Origin: Chlorobiota bacterium
Lineage (GTDB): Bacteria > Bacteroidota > Ignavibacteria > Kapaibacteriales > HRBIN21
Reading direction: 5' to 3'
Length of the DNA stretch: 64,000 nucleotides
Assembly (NCBI GenBank): GCA_039630485.1
Contig: JBCNUX010000004.1
Location: 808 to 64,807 of the forward strand
Part shown: positions 19,468-29,456 of the stretch, piece after piece
Position numbering within the stretch: position 1 is the first letter of the stretch
Layout of the letters: the number at the start of each line of letters is the position of its first letter
Translations under genes and position numbers: made by a program
The notes under the pieces: model-generated
The model's database searches: none
Told to the model about the DNA's origin: nothing
Seen by the model: only the letters and a program-made list of their open reading frames with translations

Positions 19468-19497
19468 CTGCCGCCTGTAGGAGACGAGCGCTCTGCG

Positions 19498-20301
19498 ATG
19501 CGGATTTCCATCATCACCGTTGTGCTCAACGATCCTCGTGTCGCGCGGGCCCTGGAATCCATCTTCGCCCAGGAGGTGGAGGCTGAAGTGGAAACTATCG
19601 TCATCGACGGTGGCTCCCTCCCACCCACCCGCGACATCCTGGAGCGCTACCGTCACCGGCTCAGCGTCTTCGTCAGCGAACCCGACCGAGGGCTCTACGA
19701 CGCCATGAACAAGGGGTTGCTGTATGCAACGGGCGACATCATCGGCATCCTGAATGCCGATGACCAATACGCTGACCGGTTCGTGCTGCGCGATGTTGCA
19801 GCGGTCTTCTCCGACCCTACCGTCGAGGCCTGCTACGGCGACGTGGTCTTCGTCAGTCCCGGGACAAGACGGATTGTCCGCTACTGGCGTGCTGGCCCCT
19901 ATCGACGCTGGAAGTACTACTTCGGCTGGATGCCGCCACACCAGACCTTCTTCGCCCGGCGCTCGGTGTACGAGCGGTTCGGAGGATTCAATCTGGACTA
20001 CCGGATTGCTGCTGACTACGAGCTGATGTTCCGCCTGCTGTTCGTGGGAGCTATCTGCGTCCAGTACATTCCGCGGGTGCTGGCCTGCATGGACAGCGGC
20101 GGCATCAGCAACCGTTCTCTCCGCTCCATTCTGCGGGGGAATTGGGAGTGCTGGCGCACCTGGAAGCAACATGGCCTCACGCCTTGGGGCCTGCTGGTCC
20201 CGTTCGCAAAGCCGCTGCGACGCCTGAGCCACCTGCTGCGCCGCCCTGCTGTGCTTCCTGAAGCCCTTCATCCGCCGCTCGTCAACGCCGCAGAAGGTTG
20301 A
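19498..20301 (+). CDS. glycosyltransferase family 2
   Basis: ORF 19378..20301 trimmed to ATG 19498 (MRISIITVVLNDPRVARALESI...VIDGGS...LNADD), which is a classic GT2 start. Confidence 0.8.
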   Translation: MRISIITVVLNDPRVARALESIFAQEVEAEVETIVIDGGSLPPTRDILERYRHRLSVFVSEPDRGLYDAMNKGLLYATGDIIGILNADDQYADRFVLRDVAAVFSDPTVEACYGDVVFVSPGTRRIVRYWRAGPYRRWKYYFGWMPPHQTFFARRSVYERFGGFNLDYRIAADYELMFRLLFVGAICVQYIPRVLACMDSGGISNRSLRSILRGNWECWRTWKQHGLTPWGLLVPFAKPLRRLSHLLRRPAVLPEALHPPLVNAAEG

Positions 20302-22048
20302 AGATCGTGGTGACGACAAAGGTCAGTGTCGAGACTGCCCCTACCAGAACGGTGTAGAACTGCAGCTCTGCCTGTTGCTGGGCCCACGCAGGGACGTCGA
20401 GTATCCGCGGGACGTAGATCTCATCGCCCGGCTGGAGTGCCCCCGCCTGTTTGGGAGTAAGCCAGACCCGCTGCGGGCCACGCAGTACTCTCACCCGCTT
20501 CGGATCTGCGCCCACACCGTAACCTCCTGCCTGCTGGATGTACCACTCTGTCGTTTGGCCTGCCTCAAACGGCACAGCCCCAGGGAACCGTACCTGCCCC
20601 CAGAGGTAGACATGCCGCTCCTGCTCCGGGATCACGATGACATCCCCATCTTCCAGCGGCACGTTATGTCGAAGGTCCCCATCACGGAAGAGCGCGACGA
20701 AGTCACATGCAACGAGGGAGCGCTGCAGCCGCATATCCAGCATGTAGCGGACGGTATCTTCCAGCCGGAGGTCGCTGTACAGAAAGCGGCTGTACAGGCC
20801 GACTTCGGCGGGCATTCGAGGATCGGTCTGGAGAGCCTGCGGCGGAGGCACCCGTTGGATGTAGGCCTGTGCTAACGCTGCCGCTGGAACAAGGCCGCCC
20901 GCCTGTTCTATGACCTCCTTCAGGCGCGTCCGTCCGGGCTCGATGACATACGCGCCTGGTCGGACCACCCCTCCAAGGAGGCGCACCACCCCCTGCCGTA
21001 TAATCCCTGCCACCGGACGTTCTGGCACAATCACAGCTGTTCCCGGTGCAAGGAGTGGGTCCGTCGTTGGCATTCCAGCTGTGTCTAGCTCAACACGCTC
21101 TGGCGGCCGCCCGGGAAGATGGATGAGGGCAACGTGCTGCGCCTGCTGAGGATCGATCCCGCCGGCTAAGCGCAGGAGGAACGAGAGCCGATCCCCATGG
21201 CGATGTGCAATCCGGAGCGGACGCCTAACAGCCCCCCCGATAGACACTGTAGCGTACCCAGTCGGAGGCGGCGCAGGGACGAAGATCTCTAGCCCCTCGC
21301 TCAGCATCGGGTCGGACTGCACTTCCCCTAAGGCTCGTCCGCGCTCTACGTCAGCCTCCCGGGTTGTACCATCGGTGAACCGCAGCACGAGATGTCGCGT
21401 GCAGAAGCTCGGTAGTAGCGGGACGCTACTGTACTCCCACTCGTGCCCTTGGAGCTCTTGTACCGAACTGGCGGCTGACGACGCCTGCAGCGGTCTTCCA
21501 GATGCCGTCCTCACCGCAGCATCACCGTACATTGCAAGCCGCACTGCCGTAGATACCCGCAGACTCGCTGGCAGGATGTACGTCCCCGGCGAACGGACGT
21601 ACCCGTTAACGGTAACCACCACCCGCCGGGGCAGCAGGAGCTGGACATCTACGGTTGCTGCTGGATTGCGTTGCCGTACGAGCTGCTGCAGCTCTTGGCG
21701 CAACTGGGCAATTGACTTCCCCTTGACGGAGAGTAAGCCCAACCGTGGGATGAGCACATCAGCCGTAGCGGACACTACCACCCGATGGCTCTGCACTACT
21801 GGCGCTAAGACCTGCACCTGCAATATATCCCCCGGCCCGAGGTAGTACTCCTCTGGCATGACGGACCCATCGCTTGGTGGCAGCTCCGGGAGGACGTCTC
21901 GCAGCGCGGTCAACGTACCCGCCTCCTCCAGCGTCTGCCACAGGCTCTGCGGCAGCAGAGACCTACCTGCTTCCTGTGCCCAGAGGCTGCCCCACAGGCA
22001 GGCGCAGGCAATGCTCCACCACCACTTGAGCAATCCGCTCGGCTGCAT
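20282..22048 (-). CDS. polysaccharide export protein (Wza-like, SLBB repeats) with C-terminal TM helix
   Basis: Signal peptide MQPSGLLKWWWSIACACLWGSLWAQ (ATG 22048; alternatives at 22054 and 22072). PEEYYLGPGDILQVQVL export motif. Repeated SLBB-like V.V.G.V..PG blocks. Confidence 0.75.
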   Translation of the reverse strand: MQPSGLLKWWWSIACACLWGSLWAQEAGRSLLPQSLWQTLEEAGTLTALRDVLPELPPSDGSVMPEEYYLGPGDILQVQVLAPVVQSHRVVVSATADVLIPRLGLLSVKGKSIAQLRQELQQLVRQRNPAATVDVQLLLPRRVVVTVNGYVRSPGTYILPASLRVSTAVRLAMYGDAAVRTASGRPLQASSAASSVQELQGHEWEYSSVPLLPSFCTRHLVLRFTDGTTREADVERGRALGEVQSDPMLSEGLEIFVPAPPPTGYATVSIGGAVRRPLRIAHRHGDRLSFLLRLAGGIDPQQAQHVALIHLPGRPPERVELDTAGMPTTDPLLAPGTAVIVPERPVAGIIRQGVVRLLGGVVRPGAYVIEPGRTRLKEVIEQAGGLVPAAALAQAYIQRVPPPQALQTDPRMPAEVGLYSRFLYSDLRLEDTVRYMLDMRLQRSLVACDFVALFRDGDLRHNVPLEDGDVIVIPEQERHVYLWGQVRFPGAVPFEAGQTTEWYIQQAGGYGVGADPKRVRVLRGPQRVWLTPKQAGALQPGDEIYVPRILDVPAWAQQQAELQFYTVLVGAVSTLTFVVTTIFNLLRR

Positions 22049-23096
22049 GCCCATCCCACAACGGTGGTACACGTCCCTGCTTCCGCTCCCCTCGCCTCAG
22101 TGCCGCCAGTGCCGCCCGCAGCGCATCGGCCTTTGGCGGCACCAACTGGTTCGTCCCCATGGAGCACGTAATCGGCCGCTCCGTCGTTGTCCGCAACGTC
22201 AGGCAGGGGATTCCCAGGTACGTGGTCTCTTCCTGGATGCCGCCGGAGTCCGTCATGACGAAGTCGGCCCGAAGGACGAGTGCTATGAAGTCTACGTAGC
22301 TCAACGGAGGCAGCACCAGTAGCGGCTGCAGCAGCCCTTGCAACCCAAAGCGCTCAACGGCCTGCCGTGTCCTCGGGTGCATCGGGAAAACGACCGTGCG
22401 CCACTGGGCCAGCTCGTTCAGCACGAGTAAGAGCTCCTGTAGCTGCTGAGGCTCATCCACATTGCTCGGTCGGTGGAGTGTTACAACGACGTACTCCCGC
22501 AGCTCCAGGCCCAAGTTCTCCGGAAGTATACTCTGCTCGGCCTTCGGCAGGGCAAATAGCAGGGAGTCAATCATCGTGTTGCCGACTAGGAAGATACGCT
22601 CCTCTGGGGCACCCTGACGGCGTAGGTTCTCCACTCCACTCGGCTCGGTGACGAAGAAGTAGTCTGCAACGGCGTCCGTGACGACCCGATTGATCTCCTC
22701 TGGCATGCTTCGGTCAAAACTGCGGAGCCCTGCCTCGACGTGCGCCACTGGGATGCCCAGCTTGGCTGCTGTCAGAGCGCAGGCGAGCGTGGAGTTGACA
22801 TCTCCAACCACAATGACTAAGTCTGGCGAGAGCTCTAAGCACAACGGCTCAAAGGCCAGCATAATGCGAGCCGTCTGCTGGGCGTGTGTACCCGAGCCAA
22901 CTCCTAAGAAGACCGAAGGCTGCGGCAAATCCAGGTCAGCGAAGAAGACATCCGACAGCTCTGGATCGTAGTGCTGTCCCGTGTGCACGATGATGTGCTC
23001 CAGCACATCCACATACCGAGCGAAGGCGCGGTGCAGCGGCGCCACCTTCATGTAGTTCGGGCGTGCACCTACAACGGATAGGACGCGTGCTTTCAT
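21963..23096 (-). CDS. wecB: UDP-N-acetylglucosamine 2-epimerase (non-hydrolysing)
   Basis: Trimmed to ATG 23096, which makes an ATGA overlap with the upstream stop. MKARVLSVVGARPNYMKVAPL...VHTGQHYD...VVGDVNSTLA...HVEAGLRSFD...PEEINR are WecB hallmarks. Confidence 0.9.
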   Translation of the reverse strand: MKARVLSVVGARPNYMKVAPLHRAFARYVDVLEHIIVHTGQHYDPELSDVFFADLDLPQPSVFLGVGSGTHAQQTARIMLAFEPLCLELSPDLVIVVGDVNSTLACALTAAKLGIPVAHVEAGLRSFDRSMPEEINRVVTDAVADYFFVTEPSGVENLRRQGAPEERIFLVGNTMIDSLLFALPKAEQSILPENLGLELREYVVVTLHRPSNVDEPQQLQELLLVLNELAQWRTVVFPMHPRTRQAVERFGLQGLLQPLLVLPPLSYVDFIALVLRADFVMTDSGGIQEETTYLGIPCLTLRTTTERPITCSMGTNQLVPPKADALRAALAALRRGERKQGRVPPLWDGHAAERIAQVVVEHCLRLPVGQPLGTGSR

Positions 23097-24436
23097 CGTC
23101 CGCTTCCAAGGAGCACAATTCGTGCCCGAGGCCGCCGAACATGACGGCACGCATTGCGCGTATCAACCACGACACGGCTCCACCGGCAGACGAGCTCGTA
23201 GTCTACGCAGCTATGGTCCGTCGTGATGACCACAACGTGCTGGCGCTTCAGCAGCTCAGCAGTAAGTCCCGGGGCAGACTCCAGGATGCCTCCAGCAAAC
23301 TCAACCTGCGGGATGTACGGGTCATAGTAGCCAATGGAGCGCACACCATCCTGCCACAGGAGTTCCATGACCTTCAGAGCCGGCGAATGGCGCAGGTCGT
23401 CCACGTCCCTTTTAAAGGCAACCCCCAAGAAGAGGACGTTCGCCTTCTCCAGCCGCACAGGCAGCCGAGCAATCTCCCGTTCCACGAGATCGCGAACGTA
23501 GAAGGGCATTGCCTCGTTGACTTCGGCTGCTAGCGTCACGAAGTTGGTGACAAAGTCGTAGCGCCGTGCTGCCCATGCTAGGTAGTACGGGTCAATCAAG
23601 ATGCAGTGTCCCCCGATGCCTGGCCCAGGATAGAACGGCATAAACCCGAAGGGCTTCGTCGCTGCCGCTTCGATCACTTCCCACACGCTGATGCCCAAGC
23701 GGTCGCAGAGTTGCGCTAGCTCGTTCACCAGCGCAATGTTGACGCTGCGGAAGATGTTCTCCAACAGCTTCGCCATCTCCGCAACCTTTGGAGAGCTAAC
23801 GGGGACGACCACTTGGACGGCCAAGCGCAACACAGCTGCCGCTAACTCTGTGCATGCTGGCGTCACTCCTCCAACGACCACTGGGGTGTTAGCGGTCGTC
23901 CATACCTTGTTTCCGGGGTCTACCCGTTCGGGCGAGAACGCCAAGAAGAAGTCCTCCCCAACGCGCAATCCCTTCTGCTGGAGCCTCGGCAGCACGTACT
24001 CCTCGGTCGTCCCTGGGAAGGTCGTACTCCGGAGCACAACGATCTGTCCAGGACGCAGGGTTTCAGCGATGCTATCCGTGGCCTGCAGGATGAAGCTGAT
24101 GTCAGGGTCTTTGTGAGCCGTGAAGGGGGTCGGAACGCAAATGAAGAGGGCATCGCACTCTTGGCATCGCTGGAAGTCCGTCGTTGGGATGAACAGTCCC
24201 GAACGGAGCTGCTCAGCCACAACGTTGGAGGGAACATCCCGAAGGTAGGAGCGTCCATGGCGTAGCTGCTCGATCTTGGCTGCGTTGGTATCCAGCCCTA
24301 TCGTAGGGACCCCCGCCCGTGCGAATTCCATCGCCAGCGGCAGCCCCACGTAGCCCATCCCAAGGATGCCAACCCTCACGCGGCGTTGCTCTATGCGCTG
24401 GCGCAGCTCGTTGAGAACGGATTGACCCGAGCTCAT
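23093..24436 (-). CDS. nucleotide-sugar (UDP-N-acetylhexosamine) dehydrogenase
   Basis: N-terminal Rossmann fold VGILGMGYVGLPLAMEFA and a UDP-glucose/GDP-mannose dehydrogenase family body. It sits next to wecB. Confidence 0.85.
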   Translation of the reverse strand: MSSGQSVLNELRQRIEQRRVRVGILGMGYVGLPLAMEFARAGVPTIGLDTNAAKIEQLRHGRSYLRDVPSNVVAEQLRSGLFIPTTDFQRCQECDALFICVPTPFTAHKDPDISFILQATDSIAETLRPGQIVVLRSTTFPGTTEEYVLPRLQQKGLRVGEDFFLAFSPERVDPGNKVWTTANTPVVVGGVTPACTELAAAVLRLAVQVVVPVSSPKVAEMAKLLENIFRSVNIALVNELAQLCDRLGISVWEVIEAAATKPFGFMPFYPGPGIGGHCILIDPYYLAWAARRYDFVTNFVTLAAEVNEAMPFYVRDLVEREIARLPVRLEKANVLFLGVAFKRDVDDLRHSPALKVMELLWQDGVRSIGYYDPYIPQVEFAGGILESAPGLTAELLKRQHVVVITTDHSCVDYELVCRWSRVVVDTRNACRHVRRPRARIVLLGSGR

Positions 24437-25485
24437 GCAGACCCACCGTAGAGGTTGGAGGCTAAGACCGCTTCATACCACTGCCGGCGGTACTCCGCGT
24501 ACTCGCCATTCCACAAGGGCTCCCACCATGCGCGGTGGTGAGTGTACCACTCCACGGTTCTCCGCAACCCCTCCTCCAAGTCCACGCGCGCCCGCCATCC
24601 CAACTGGTGCATCGCTTCTACCCGGAGGGCATACCGCCGGTCATGCCCTGGACGATCCGAGATTGAGCGGATGAGCGTACGGGGCTTGCCCAAAAGCTCA
24701 AGGACCTTCTCCACCAGCTCTCGATTGCTGAGCTCCTGGCCGCTGCTCAAATGGTATACTTGCCTCACCTCCCCCTCTTGGCAGAGCTGCCAGAGGGCTT
24801 GGCAGACATCCTCGACGTAGAGCCACTGCCGCCGCTGTGAGCCGTCCCCGTAGAGCGGGATAGGCTCATCATGCAGAGCACACAGGATGCTCATCGGCAC
24901 TAGCTTCTCAGGGAACTGGTATGGGCCGTAGACGTTGCAGCTCCGCACAACGCAAGCAGGCACCCCATACGTTCGGACGTAGGCGTGTACGAAGCAATCC
25001 GCTGCCGCCTTAGAGGCAGCGTAAGGCGAACTTGGAGCGAAGGCCTCCCCTTCTGCGCACTCCCCTTCGAGACGTTCCCCATAGACTTCGTCCGTTGACA
25101 TGTGCACAAAGCGCTGTAGCTGCACTCGGCGGGCAGCCTCCAGCAGAGCTACCGTTCCCTCCACGTTGCTCTGCACGAACGGGCGAGCGTCCAGAATGGA
25201 ACGATCCACGTGGGTTTGCGCCGCAAGGTGGACAATCGTCTCCACCTGGTAGCTGCGACATAACTCGAGCATGAGGACTGCATCTTCCACGTGGCCATGG
25301 ATGAATTCGCAGCGGGGATTGTTCTGCCATGCAGCGATGTTCCGCCGCTGTCCGGCGTACGTGAGAGCGTCTACGACAATGACCCGCACGTCAGTATGGT
25401 GGAGGAGGTACCGAACGAAGTTCGTCCCGATGAAACCCGCCCCGCCCGTGACTAGCACCGTCCTCGGGCCTCCTGAAGCAGTCAT
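24433..25485 (-). CDS. rfbB: dTDP-glucose 4,6-dehydratase
   Basis: MTASGGPRTVLVTGGAGFIGTNFVRYLL..., YAASKAAADCFV (the YxxxK motif) and the RfbB-like C-terminus DRPGHDRRYAL. Confidence 0.9.
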   Translation of the reverse strand: MTASGGPRTVLVTGGAGFIGTNFVRYLLHHTDVRVIVVDALTYAGQRRNIAAWQNNPRCEFIHGHVEDAVLMLELCRSYQVETIVHLAAQTHVDRSILDARPFVQSNVEGTVALLEAARRVQLQRFVHMSTDEVYGERLEGECAEGEAFAPSSPYAASKAAADCFVHAYVRTYGVPACVVRSCNVYGPYQFPEKLVPMSILCALHDEPIPLYGDGSQRRQWLYVEDVCQALWQLCQEGEVRQVYHLSSGQELSNRELVEKVLELLGKPRTLIRSISDRPGHDRRYALRVEAMHQLGWRARVDLEEGLRRTVEWYTHHRAWWEPLWNGEYAEYRRQWYEAVLASNLYGGSA

Positions 25486-25560
25486 GACCACACCGATTGC
25501 TCCATACCACTCCAGCTGCTCTATCCGTCTTCTGGCTGCAGGCAGTCAGCGGTAGTAGGC

Positions 25561-26115
25561 ATGAGCACAAAATTACTGAAAGCCCTCCCCTGCCTCTTCG
25601 CGTTGGCCCTCGGTAGCGCATACGGTCAGTTCTTTGTGGACTTCTGCATCTACGGCTCTGCAGCGTATCGCTTTCTCCCTTCGGAGACAGCACTCCATCT
25701 GCCCTCCGCTGGAATCGGCCTTGGAGCTCGGCTCCGTTCGTTCTTCGCCCCGAGCATTGACGTTGTCCTCACCGGGCTGGGGCGAAAGCAGTACGACGAG
25801 TACTTCATGTGGGTAGAGCTCCACTACCGCCTTCTGCTCCAACTCCAGTACCAGCAGACCCCCACCACGGCCCCCAGCGTCAGCCTCGAGTGGATCTTCC
25901 CAATCCTCCCTTCGGTCCAGTCACCGTGGCGGCAGGAACTCCGTAGAGATCTTCGTGTGGTGCGAGTTGGGGGATTCGCTGGGCTGAGCATCCCGAACGT
26001 CCTGGGCGGGCGCTACCTCCACCTCCTGGCCGGCACTCACTACTCGCTGCGCCGTCCACAGATGCTGAGCTCTCGCCTCATCCCAGAGGTCCGGCTGCTG
26101 TGGGAGAGCCGGTAG
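25561..26115 (+). CDS. hypothetical secreted protein (possible small outer-membrane beta-barrel)
   Basis: 184-aa ORF with signal peptide MSTKLLKALPCLFALALGSAYGQ. I recognise no family. Confidence 0.45.
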   Translation: MSTKLLKALPCLFALALGSAYGQFFVDFCIYGSAAYRFLPSETALHLPSAGIGLGARLRSFFAPSIDVVLTGLGRKQYDEYFMWVELHYRLLLQLQYQQTPTTAPSVSLEWIFPILPSVQSPWRQELRRDLRVVRVGGFAGLSIPNVLGGRYLHLLAGTHYSLRRPQMLSSRLIPEVRLLWESR

Positions 26116-26118
26116 GGT

Positions 26119-27486
26119 TTATTCCCCGTCGGCAACTTGGAGCCGCAGCAGCTCTTCCAAGCGCTTGGGCAGATGTCGGCGAACCCAGGTAGAGTAGTCC
26201 CCATCGTAGCCAACTTGTTCCCAGAGGTGAGTGATTTGCTCATCAATGGCCTGAATCTGATCTGCCGTCAGTGGCGGACGCTCGCGCACCTGCTGTGCAA
26301 TACGAACCGTTGCCTCGGCAACGCATGCTTCCTGGTCTCGAGTGAGTGCCTCGTAGACGGCTGCACTCCAGCCTAAGTAATCCTCCACAATGCGCTGCGT
26401 CACTTCGCGGCTATGACGCAAGCTCTCCTGAATGTTGCCACGCCCAGTGACGGCGTTCCCAACCGCGAAGACATTATCGTAGCCCTCAATGCGGCATAGC
26501 TCTGGCTCGGCAATCGCGTACGTCTCCCCCCGCATCGGGATTTCTGGCAGCGGCTCAGGGATGCTGCCAATAGAGGAGATGACCAAGGGCGTGCGCACTT
26601 CGTATTCGGTCCCCTCCACGGGGACGACACGATCACCCTCTTTTCGGGTGTGGCACAGCACAAGCCCAACCATGCGCCCGCCTTCGGAGAGAATTCCCAC
26701 AGGCAGCCGCAGCTCCTGGAAGTTGAACAAATACCGCCGTCGAGCAGTCTCCAGCACCTTGAGGCGTACAGCCTGAGCGCGTGCTAATCGTTCTGGGGTA
26801 TCAGTCGGCATCGGAGTCAGCGGCATGTCCTGAGCCTGCCGGCGATAGTAGAGCGTGCACCCCCGAATCCCGAGATCCTGCAAGGTAAGCCCGTGACGCT
26901 GCAGGATGCGGTCTATGCCGTGCTCCATTTCAATGACGTTGGTCTCGATCCCTCGACGCCGCAGAGCTTCCTCCACTGTCAGCATCATGAGAGCTTTCGC
27001 GACGTCAATCGAAGCCAATCCGCCCCCGATGACAACAGCTCCATCGGCGATCTCGTACGGCTCAACGCCGCTATCAGGATCGTGCATGAGGTTGAACCAC
27101 GCCATGAAGGGGTTCTGGTAGTAGAAGCCGCGTCCGATGTACTGTTCCGCCTCCGGTACGGGGAAGGGACGGTCACGCCATGCGCCGTTTGCAAGGATGA
27201 CAGCGCTCACGCCCCACTGCAGGAGCTCAGTTAAGCGGATGTCCTTCCCGAGGCGCACTTTGGGGACATAGCGCACTAGCGGATGCTGGAGCTTAGCGTC
27301 AATGGCGGCCTCTTCCTTGTTCCGCAGCTTGACATGCCACTTTGGGAGGCCATACTCAATCTTGCCGTATGGCAGCGGATACTGCTCTAGCACCGCTACT
27401 CGGATGCCCCGCTGGGCCAATTGGTAGGCTGCCTCGGCACCTGCAACTGCCCCTCCAACCACGACGACGTAGTGAGAGCGCTCCAT
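26119..27486 (-). CDS. FAD/NAD(P)-binding pyridine-nucleotide oxidoreductase
   Basis: Trimmed to ATG 27486 (MERSHYVVVVGGAVAGAEAAYQLAQRGIRVAVLEQ, a GxGxxG motif). A second dinucleotide motif is AVVIGGGLASIDVAK. It is divergent from korAB. Confidence 0.7.
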   Translation of the reverse strand: MERSHYVVVVGGAVAGAEAAYQLAQRGIRVAVLEQYPLPYGKIEYGLPKWHVKLRNKEEAAIDAKLQHPLVRYVPKVRLGKDIRLTELLQWGVSAVILANGAWRDRPFPVPEAEQYIGRGFYYQNPFMAWFNLMHDPDSGVEPYEIADGAVVIGGGLASIDVAKALMMLTVEEALRRRGIETNVIEMEHGIDRILQRHGLTLQDLGIRGCTLYYRRQAQDMPLTPMPTDTPERLARAQAVRLKVLETARRRYLFNFQELRLPVGILSEGGRMVGLVLCHTRKEGDRVVPVEGTEYEVRTPLVISSIGSIPEPLPEIPMRGETYAIAEPELCRIEGYDNVFAVGNAVTGRGNIQESLRHSREVTQRIVEDYLGWSAAVYEALTRDQEACVAEATVRIAQQVRERPPLTADQIQAIDEQITHLWEQVGYDGDYSTWVRRHLPKRLEELLRLQVADGE

Positions 27487-27515
27487 CGGTACTCGACGGC
27501 GGTGGCTTTTCGCCA

Positions 27516-27523
27516 CAAAAATA
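27516..27523 (-). promoter_or_regulatory. TAnnTTTG promoter box (TATTTTTG) 30 nt upstream of the oxidoreductase ATG
   Basis: The + strand reads CAAAAATA at 27516..27523, in the divergent intergenic region. Confidence 0.5.
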
Positions 27524-27599
27524 CCCTCACACTCGCTAAATTCCCACGCGCAGCAGCACACATGTCGTGATAGTACCGTTGTGAAGGAACGAAGCTCCA

Positions 27600-29456
27600 A
27601 TGCTCAAGCAGCGCATTACCACTCCGGATGTTGTCATCGTCTTTGCCGGCGACTCAGGCGAGGGCATGCAGCTTACAGGAGCGCAGTTTGCCCACGCTAG
27701 TGCACTCCAGGGCAACGACATTGCTACCTTCCCGAACTACCCAGCAGAGATTCGAGCTCCACAGGGGACCTTAGCTGGTGTTTCCAGCTTCCAGCTCCGC
27801 TTTGGCAGCTTCGAGGTCCTTACGCCGGGAGATGCCTGCGACGTGCTTGTAGCGATGAACGCCGCGGCACTGAAGACCCACCTACACCTCCTGAAGCGCG
27901 GCGGTCTTCTCATCGTCAACGAGGCTGGCTTCGACCGGCGCAATCTTCGGTTGGCCGGTTATCCGGAGGGCGTGAACCCGCTCACCGACGGCAGCCTATC
28001 GGAGTACCAGCTCATCACGCTGAACATTTCGCAGATGGTCAGCGCTGCCCTTGCCGATACCTCCTTCTCCGTCCGCGAGAAGGAGCGCATGAAAAACATG
28101 TTCGTGCTGGGGCTGCTGGCGTGGCTCTTCGACCGCCCCTTGTCCCAAATCGAACAGCTAGTCAACGCGAAGTTCGCCACCCGTGACCCGGCAGTTGCGG
28201 AAGCCAACATCCGTCTCCTCCATGCGGGATACAACTTCGGCGAGACCTCCGAACTCTTCGCGGTCCGCTACGAAATCCCGCGGGCTGAGTTGCCGCCTGG
28301 TGTATACCGGAGCATTTCGGGGAACGAAGCCCTGGTGCTGGGCTTTGTAGCTGCTGCTCAGAAGGCCGGCCTGAAGCTGTTCTACGCTGGCTACCCGATT
28401 ACTCCTGCCTCTGAGGTACTGCACCAGATGAGCACGCTGTTGCCGTACGACGTCTATCCCTTCCAGGCAGAGGACGAGATTGCTGCCATCTGCGCCGCCA
28501 TCGGAGCAGCTTTCGGTGGACACCTAGGGGTCACGGCAACCTCAGGGCCTGGCTTCTCGCTGATGAGCGAGGCCCTGGGCTTGGCGGTCATGTTGGAGCT
28601 TCCGGTGGTCGTCTGCGACATCCAACGAGCTGGCCCGTCTACCGGTATGCCGACCAAACCTGAACAGGCTGACCTGCTACAGGCCCTCTACGGACGCCAT
28701 GGCGAAGCCCCCATCCCCGTGCTGGCAGCAGCTACGCCAGCAGACTGCTTCCAGACGGCCTACGAAGCTGCTCGCCTCGCCCTCCAGTGGATGACCCCTG
28801 TCATCGTCCTCTCTGACGCCTTCCTGGCGAACGGCAGCGACTTATGGCGCATTCCCTCCGTAGAGAGCTTACCCCCAATTACACCACCGTTCGCGACAGA
28901 GGAGCACAAGACCAACGGCGTCTTCCACCCATACCAGCGCGATGCCCGCGGCGTCCGTCCATGGGCGATTCCCGGTATGCCGGGCTTTGAACACCGCATC
29001 GGCGGTCTGGAGAAAGAGGATGTCACCGGCAACGTCTCCTACGATCCTCTGAACCACGAGCGGATGGTGCAGCTCCGTGCCGCCAAGATTGAACGGATCG
29101 CTGACGAGCTCCCACCACAAACCGTTGCCCTAGGCGAGCCTGAAGGGGAGTTAGCCGTTGTCGGTTGGGGTTCAACCTACGGCTCCATCTACAACGCTGT
29201 CCAGGAATGCCGGAGTCAAGGTCTATCCGTCTCCCACATCCACATCCGTTACCTCAACCCGCTGCCGCGTAACCTTGGCCAGCTCCTGCGGGGCTTCCGC
29301 CGCATCTTGGTCCCCGAACTCAACAGCGGGCAGCTCAGCCAATTGCTGCGAGCCCGCTACCTCGTGGACGCCCGAACCTACAGCAAAGTTCAGGGCGTTC
29401 CGTTGACAGTCGCTGAGCTTGTCAGTGCCATCCAGGAGACCCTCCACCATGACTGA
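27600..29456 (+). CDS. korA: 2-oxoacid (2-oxoglutarate):ferredoxin oxidoreductase subunit alpha (fused gamma-alpha type)
   Basis: 618 aa. The N-terminus has the gamma-like IVFAGDSGEGMQLTG. The alpha core has YAGYPITPASEVLH. Confidence 0.88.
   Translation: MLKQRITTPDVVIVFAGDSGEGMQLTGAQFAHASALQGNDIATFPNYPAEIRAPQGTLAGVSSFQLRFGSFEVLTPGDACDVLVAMNAAALKTHLHLLKRGGLLIVNEAGFDRRNLRLAGYPEGVNPLTDGSLSEYQLITLNISQMVSAALADTSFSVREKERMKNMFVLGLLAWLFDRPLSQIEQLVNAKFATRDPAVAEANIRLLHAGYNFGETSELFAVRYEIPRAELPPGVYRSISGNEALVLGFVAAAQKAGLKLFYAGYPITPASEVLHQMSTLLPYDVYPFQAEDEIAAICAAIGAAFGGHLGVTATSGPGFSLMSEALGLAVMLELPVVVCDIQRAGPSTGMPTKPEQADLLQALYGRHGEAPIPVLAAATPADCFQTAYEAARLALQWMTPVIVLSDAFLANGSDLWRIPSVESLPPITPPFATEEHKTNGVFHPYQRDARGVRPWAIPGMPGFEHRIGGLEKEDVTGNVSYDPLNHERMVQLRAAKIERIADELPPQTVALGEPEGELAVVGWGSTYGSIYNAVQECRSQGLSVSHIHIRYLNPLPRNLGQLLRGFRRILVPELNSGQLSQLLRARYLVDARTYSKVQGVPLTVAELVSAIQETLHHD

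Noticed and set aside
19414-20319. 301-aa minus-strand ORF
   Set aside because: It is antisense to a GT2 gene with canonical motifs and a promoter box plus ATG at 19498.
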